The notes under the pieces: model-generated
Databases searched by the model: none
Seen by the model: only the letters and a program-made list of their open reading frames with translations
Told to the model about the DNA's origin: nothing
Shown: piece by piece, positions 58,854 through 64,000 of the stretch
Layout: each line of letters opens with the position of its first letter
Numbering within the stretch: position 1 is the stretch's first letter
Assembly (NCBI GenBank): GCA_022180565.1
Contig: BQML01000002.1
Location: 117,888-181,887, forward strand
Direction of reading: 5' to 3'
Source: Bacteroidia bacterium
GTDB taxonomy: Bacteria > Bacteroidota > Ignavibacteria > UBA10030
Length of the DNA: 64,000 bases
Program-made: the position numbers and the translations under genes

Positions 58854-61718
58854 ATGACAATCCGTTTTCTTCGACCGGCCTATGTTAGCGTTTTTGCCTC
58901 TCTCATCCTTTTTTCCTGCGCTCCTCCCCGGTCGTTCCGGACCGCGGATTCCTGGGCTCCGCCCGCCCCCAACACGGCATGGGTCGAAGAAGCACTTGCA
59001 TCGATGTCGCTGGAAGAAAAGGCGGCTCAGCTCGTGTGCGTTTGGACCGAGGGAGGCTACCTCGCAGAGGAATCAGAAGCGTGGAAGAATCTCATGCGCC
59101 TAGCCGGGGAAAGGAAGATCGGGGGGTTCATTTTTTCCGTCGGCGATGTGTATGAATATGCCATCCAGATCAATAGGCTTCAGGCCGCAGCAAAGATACC
59201 TCTTCTGATCTCGGCTGATTTCGAGTACGGGGCGGGAATGCGCGTAAGGCGGACCACGACCTTCCCGCGCGCGATGGGCGTGGGAGCGACCAGAAATTCC
59301 GATTTCGCCTACAGAATGGGGAAAGCCATAGCCCGCGAGGCGAGAGCGCTCGGCGTGCACCAGAATTATGCCCCCGTGGTTGATGTTAACAACAATCCCG
59401 CGAACCCCGTGATTAACACCAGATCGTTTGGAGACAACCCGGACCTTGTGGCGGAGATGGCCTCGGCGTTCATCCGGGGAACGCAGGAAGAGCGGGTGAT
59501 TGCAACCGTCAAACATTTTCCCGGGCACGGCGACACCAATCTCGATACGCACCTCGATCTTCCCTCCCTTCCGTTTTCCCGCTCGCGGTTCGATTCACTC
59601 GAGCTTGTGCCATTCAGGAAGACTTTTCGCGACGGCGTGCTGTCCGTCATGATCGCCCACATAGCGGCATCAGCGTTCGATTCCGTGTCCGTCATTCCTG
59701 CCACCGTCTCTCCGTCCATCTCGACGGATTTGCTCCGTAGAGATATGGGTTTCCGGGGGTTAGTGGTGACGGATGCGATGGTTATGCGCGGCGTTTCGAC
59801 AAAGTACCATCCCGCAGAATCGATCGTCCTGGCCGTCAAGGCCGGTGCGGATCTGATCCTTATGCCGCCGGATGCGGATCTTGCCATTGATGCGATCGTC
59901 GATGCAGTGCGTCGGGGGCAGTTGACGGAATCGCGGCTTGACGAATCGGTTCGCCGGGTCCTGGCCGTCAAAGAATGGGTGGGACTTGCGGAAGAAAGGT
60001 TTGTTGACCTCGATGAGGTTGGGCGGGTTGTGGCCTCGCCGGATCATGTGGCCCTTGCTCGTGAGATTGCGCGCTCATCGATCACCGTTCTGGGGAACCG
60101 CTCCGGTCTCCTTCCTCTGGGGAGGATGGAAAAGACCGTGGCGGATCTGGTCATTACGGATCAGGATGACTTTGCCGCCGGCGCGCCGTTTCACAGGCAT
60201 CTCACGCGACGCCTTGGACCGCTTGCGGAACTCGTGCTCACTCCCCGCAGTGATTCCCTCGACTACCGGGCGGCACTGGATTCCCTCCTCAAGGTCGATG
60301 TGATCGTCAACCAGCTGCACTTCTACACGCGCTCGGGTGAAATGACGGGTTTTGCTCCTGAACGCGTTCGCACGCTTCTGAACACCCTCATCGACAGCGG
60401 CAAGACGGTTATTGGCGTGTCATTCGGAAACCCGTATCTGGTCATGGACTTTCCGCATATAGACACCTACGTCTGCGCCTACAGCGGTTCGGCGATCGTG
60501 ATTGATGCAACCGCGGAAGTGATGTTTGGGGAGGAACCCGCGCGCGGAAAATTGCCCATAACCCTGCCGGGAGTCTATCCCTATGGCGCAGGCGTGGAAT
60601 ACCCGAAGGTCGCGCTGCGACGCGGTGAGCCCGATGAGGCAGGATTTGATGCCCAAGCCCTGCGACAAGTGGATACCCTTATGCGGCACGCCATTCAGGA
60701 CAGCGCGTTTCCGGGTGCGCAACTGGCGGTCGTGCGGAATGGCATTCTCGTCCACCAGAAGTCCTACGGAGCTCAGACCTACGCCCTGTATTCCCCCCTG
60801 ATCGACGACACGACGCTCTTCGACCTCGCATCGTTGACAAAAGTTGTCGCCACGACGACCGCCGTGATGCGGCTCGTCGAGGAGGGAAAGCTTCGCCTCG
60901 ATGAGCCGGTGGCTTCATACGTACCTGAGTTTGGACGAAACGGAAAGGAGCGGATCACCCTGAAAAACCTCCTCGTCCATAACAGCGGACTTCCGGCTTG
61001 GAGGAAGTTCTACGAGTTCTGCGAGACGCCGGAATGTGTGATGGACTCCGTTTTTGCGACAGCCCTTGTCTATCCCACGGGGGATTCGACGGTGTACAGC
61101 GATCTGGGATTCATGACGCTCGGCAAAGTCATTGAGCGGGTGACTGGAGTCCGCCTCAACCGGTACGTGGATTCGGTGTTCTTTACCCCTCTGGGAATGA
61201 CCAGAACGATGTTTAATCCTCCGGTATGGAGACGATCGGCCATTGCTCCTACAGAGGTCGATGTTACCTGGAAGAAAACGAACCAGCCGGTTCGCGGGCG
61301 CGTGCACGACGAAAACGCCGCCGTCCTGGGCGGCGTGTCGGGTCATGCAGGATTGTTTTCCACGGCGAGAGACCTTGCCGTGTTCATGCAGATGCTCCAG
61401 AATGGAGGGGTGTACGGAAACAAAAGATACATCCGTGAGGAAACTGTTCGGCTGTTCACGCGGCGCGCATCGCCTTCAAGCAGCAGGGCGTTGGGGTGGG
61501 ATACCCGCTCCGAAGGCAGATCGTTCTCCGGACAGTACGCATCGCCCTCCACGTACCTCCACACGGGTTTCACGGGAACATCAATCATTTCCGACCCTGA
61601 AAAGCAGCTGATTGTCGTTCTTTTGACGAACCGCGTTCATCCGTCAAGAAATACATCAAAAATCTTCGACGTACGCCCCCGCGTCCATGATGTAATTTAC
61701 AAGGCCATGAAAGAATGA
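58854..61718 (+). CDS. GH3 beta-N-acetylhexosaminidase (NagZ-like) fused to a serine beta-lactamase/PBP-like hydrolase
   Basis: Signal peptide. GH3 motifs are KHFPGHGDT and GLVVTDAM. The C-terminal domain has SLTK (SxxK), YSD and HTGFTG (KTG-like). Confidence 0.85.
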   Translation: MTIRFLRPAYVSVFASLILFSCAPPRSFRTADSWAPPAPNTAWVEEALASMSLEEKAAQLVCVWTEGGYLAEESEAWKNLMRLAGERKIGGFIFSVGDVYEYAIQINRLQAAAKIPLLISADFEYGAGMRVRRTTTFPRAMGVGATRNSDFAYRMGKAIAREARALGVHQNYAPVVDVNNNPANPVINTRSFGDNPDLVAEMASAFIRGTQEERVIATVKHFPGHGDTNLDTHLDLPSLPFSRSRFDSLELVPFRKTFRDGVLSVMIAHIAASAFDSVSVIPATVSPSISTDLLRRDMGFRGLVVTDAMVMRGVSTKYHPAESIVLAVKAGADLILMPPDADLAIDAIVDAVRRGQLTESRLDESVRRVLAVKEWVGLAEERFVDLDEVGRVVASPDHVALAREIARSSITVLGNRSGLLPLGRMEKTVADLVITDQDDFAAGAPFHRHLTRRLGPLAELVLTPRSDSLDYRAALDSLLKVDVIVNQLHFYTRSGEMTGFAPERVRTLLNTLIDSGKTVIGVSFGNPYLVMDFPHIDTYVCAYSGSAIVIDATAEVMFGEEPARGKLPITLPGVYPYGAGVEYPKVALRRGEPDEAGFDAQALRQVDTLMRHAIQDSAFPGAQLAVVRNGILVHQKSYGAQTYALYSPLIDDTTLFDLASLTKVVATTTAVMRLVEEGKLRLDEPVASYVPEFGRNGKERITLKNLLVHNSGLPAWRKFYEFCETPECVMDSVFATALVYPTGDSTVYSDLGFMTLGKVIERVTGVRLNRYVDSVFFTPLGMTRTMFNPPVWRRSAIAPTEVDVTWKKTNQPVRGRVHDENAAVLGGVSGHAGLFSTARDLAVFMQMLQNGGVYGNKRYIREETVRLFTRRASPSSSRALGWDTRSEGRSFSGQYASPSTYLHTGFTGTSIISDPEKQLIVVLLTNRVHPSRNTSKIFDVRPRVHDVIYKAMKE

Positions 61719-61754
61719 CTTTGGATCTGGCTGCCCGTCATCCACCCGGCGGGT

Positions 61755-62288
61755 CTAAAGTGCAGGCTTTCTTCTAAGAATCGCCGCACTGATCAATGTC
61801 ACCAGCAATCCCACCGGAAGAATCTCCGCGAGCGTGATGGCGAGACGAACGACCGGGATGTCGTACATCTTCTTCATTTCATCCATTTCCCTCCGTTTCT
61901 GGTCCACTTGCTCATCGGTCGCGCCGCCCGCGCGGAGTTTCCCGAGAATATGTTCCGTATAGCGATCCATGAATGTTCCGCGCAGTTCATCATCGGTCTG
62001 CCAGTACACCTCCCACGCGGCAACATAGACCGCCGACGCAATGAGGGTGATCATCAATCCAACCACGAAGGCCTTTCCGAACCGGATGACGCCTCCCAGG
62101 TACTTGTCGCGAAACGTTTTAATGCCGAAGAACACCATGGACAACGCGATCACCATGGCGGCATAACCGAAGATCTCCCCGTTGTCGAAATTGAGCGTGC
62201 CCGCTTTCCAGAGCTTGGTGTTGATGAACCCGAGGACGACGATGATCCCTGCCGAAAGGAAGCCGTAAACGAGGATCGTTTTGCGCAT
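61755..62288 (-). CDS. DUF4199-like membrane protein
   Basis: The ATG at 62288 gives MRKTILVYGFLSAGIIVVLGF. Four TM helices with an amphipathic central region. Confidence 0.45.
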   Translation of the reverse strand: MRKTILVYGFLSAGIIVVLGFINTKLWKAGTLNFDNGEIFGYAAMVIALSMVFFGIKTFRDKYLGGVIRFGKAFVVGLMITLIASAVYVAAWEVYWQTDDELRGTFMDRYTEHILGKLRAGGATDEQVDQKRREMDEMKKMYDIPVVRLAITLAEILPVGLLVTLISAAILRRKPAL

Positions 62289-62381
62289 GATTCCTCCTTT
62301 TTTCCCAAAAAGATACAAAACCAACCCCCGGCCGCGCATCGGCCGAAAGAATGAAATGTTCCGAATCCTTCCGCCGGAGGA

Positions 62382-62816
62382 TCAGGAAATGAGCCCCAGA
62401 TCGCGGGCCTTTTTCAGGGCCTGAGTTCTGCGCACGGCATCCAGTTTCTGAAAAAGGTTGGCCGTGTGTGTCTTGACCGTGCTTAGGGAGATGAACAGCG
62501 TGTCGGCGATTTCCTTGTTGGAGAGCCCCCGGGACATCAGGTCGAGGACCTCCATTTCTCTCGGACTGATGTGCAGGCGTTCGACCTCGCGTCGGTTCGG
62601 TATGAAAGGAAGGTTGGTCCCTGGAGCAGGGCCGGCGAGACGGCGCCCCGCCCATACTCCGAGGGAGACGAAGAGGAGAGCAACAATGCCCAGGAGGATC
62701 TCGAGGGAAAAGTCTTTCGCGAAAAACCGGTACTCCATGAGTTTCAATCCCGTGAGCAGAACAGCCATGCTCAGGCCGAACAGGATAATGGTAAAGTGGG
62801 GACGGGATCGAGTCAT
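62382..62816 (-). CDS. Membrane-anchored LuxR-family HTH transcriptional regulator
   Basis: Two N-terminal TM helices. The C-terminal segment SPREMEVLDLMSRGLSNKEIADTLFISLSTVKTHTANLFQKL is the GerE/LuxR HTH. Confidence 0.75.
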   Translation of the reverse strand: MTRSRPHFTIILFGLSMAVLLTGLKLMEYRFFAKDFSLEILLGIVALLFVSLGVWAGRRLAGPAPGTNLPFIPNRREVERLHISPREMEVLDLMSRGLSNKEIADTLFISLSTVKTHTANLFQKLDAVRRTQALKKARDLGLIS

Positions 62817-62870
62817 TGCACGGGGAAAATAGGGAAAACCGAAATCAGGCGAAAGGATTCTTCTGCGTGT

Positions 62871-62889
62871 GGAATTTCTGAGAAATTCC
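62871..62889. promoter_or_regulatory. Perfect dyad GGAATTTC-TGA-GAAATTCC in the LuxR / pruA divergent region
   Basis: 8-bp arms and a 3-nt spacer, 55 nt upstream of the LuxR-family gene start and 87 nt upstream of pruA. Confidence 0.35.
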
Positions 62890-62975
62890 CTCTACCTTAA
62901 AAATCAGGCAGTTTTGCGTATCCATCAATCCGGCAAATCCTTCAAATTCAGTACTTATTGATCCAAGGTGCACCC

Positions 62976-64000
62976 ATGGCTCTTAAGGCATTCAAGAATG
63001 AACCCCTGACCGATTTTTCCAAACCCGCAAACCGCAAGGCGATGGAAAAGGCTCTCCAGGACGTTAAAGCCCGTCTGGGGAGGGAGTATCCGATCGTCAT
63101 CGGCGGCGAGGAAATTCGGACATCCGAAAAACTCATTTCCTACAATCCCTCCAACCCCTCCGAAGTTGTCGGGGTGTTTCAAAGGGCGGATCAAAGTCTG
63201 GCCAATAAGGCAATTGAGAAAGCAAGCGAGGAATTTGAGCGGTGGAAGTGGGTTGATCCGAGGAAACGGGCCGACTATCTCTTCAGGGCGGCGAAGCTCA
63301 TGCGAAAACGGAAACATGAGTTCAGCGCTGTGCTGATTTACGAGGTCGGGAAATCGTGGGTTGAGGCCGATGCCGATACGGCCGAAGCCATCGATTTTCT
63401 GGAGTTTTACGGAAGAGAGATGCTCCGGTACGCGGGGAAGCAGCCGCTCGTGAGAATTCCTCAGGAACGGAACGAGCTCGTGTACATTCCGTTGGGACCC
63501 GGTGTTGTTGTACCGCCGTGGAACTTCGCGCTTGCGATTCTGACCGGAATGACTTCGGCGGCGGTGGTCACGGGGAATACCGTGGTGCTGAAGCCGTCGA
63601 GTGATTCTCCCCTGAATGGATGGATGTTTTTCAATCTTATGCGGGAGGTCGGCCTACCCGACGGAGTCATCAATTTCATTACGGGTCCGGGCGGATCAGT
63701 GGGAGACACGCTGGTCGCTCATCCCAAGACGAGATTCGTGTCGTTTACCGGTTCCAAAGAAGTGGGCATACACATCAACGAGCTTGCAGCGAAAGTTCAG
63801 CCCGGGCAGATCTGGCTGAAACGCGTTGTTGCTGAAATGGGCGGTAAGGACGCGATCGTGATTGACGATCAAACCGATCTCGAGGCCGCCGCCCAGGCCA
63901 CGATCGCGTCGGCTTTCGGATTCCAGGGGCAGAAGTGCTCGGCGGCGTCGCGTGCCGTCGTTGTGGAAAAAGTCTATGACCGTTTTGTCGACCTCGTGAC
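62976..64000 (+). CDS. pruA: L-glutamate gamma-semialdehyde (1-pyrroline-5-carboxylate) dehydrogenase, 3'-truncated by the window end
   Basis: I translated this by hand, because it has no stop in the window and is therefore absent from the ORF track. It reads MALKAFKNEPLTDFSKPANRKAMEKALQDVKARLGREYPIVIGGEE... Further on come FTGSKEVG, AEMGGKDAIV and GFQGQKCSAA, the aldehyde dehydrogenase catalytic Glu and Cys motifs. Confidence 0.85.
   Translation, partial: MALKAFKNEPLTDFSKPANRKAMEKALQDVKARLGREYPIVIGGEEIRTSEKLISYNPSNPSEVVGVFQRADQSLANKAIEKASEEFERWKWVDPRKRADYLFRAAKLMRKRKHEFSAVLIYEVGKSWVEADADTAEAIDFLEFYGREMLRYAGKQPLVRIPQERNELVYIPLGPGVVVPPWNFALAILTGMTSAAVVTGNTVVLKPSSDSPLNGWMFFNLMREVGLPDGVINFITGPGGSVGDTLVAHPKTRFVSFTGSKEVGIHINELAAKVQPGQIWLKRVVAEMGGKDAIVIDDQTDLEAAAQATIASAFGFQGQKCSAASRAVVVEKVYDRFVDLV

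Overview
This is a gene-dense chromosomal segment with about 60 CDS on both strands, from a bacterium with GC-rich third codon positions. A T9SS C-terminal sorting domain protein, a PorP/SprF-like barrel, a SPOR protein and frequent weak or absent Shine-Dalgarno sites suggest an FCB-superphylum organism (Ignavibacteriota/Bacteroidota-like). That placement is inference only. Most genes are housekeeping: valS, uvrB, dinB, purM, gap, pgk, ispG, folD, deoC and pruA. Envelope, redox and signalling genes are interspersed among them. I recognised no rRNA, tRNA, CRISPR array, transposase, integrase or phage gene. All family calls come from motifs read in the translated ORFs, not from database searches. 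The stretches most worth follow-up are listed here.
1. A four-gene, translationally coupled cassette at 44133-48527 encodes a PLP decarboxylase, a membrane metallophosphoesterase, an FMN lactate-monooxygenase-like oxidase and a beta-carbonic-anhydrase-like protein. A convergent HTH/B12-binding-like regulator lies next to it.
2. A monoheme cytochrome c is fused to an outer-membrane-barrel-like domain and sits ahead of TlpA and DsbD (54378-57778).
3. A five-gene envelope/cNMP signalling operon at 7666-14477 carries two secreted amidohydrolases, a Cache-HAMP class III cyclase, a barrel-TPR fusion and a tandem-PDZ protein.
4. DeoC carries an encapsulation-peptide-like N-terminal helix and a Cys/His cluster.
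5. Ten tandem heptamers abut the comF start codon.
6. A 47-bp near-perfect palindrome lies in an otherwise empty intergenic region.
7. A TMEM175-type channel carries a Q/G/P-rich tail.
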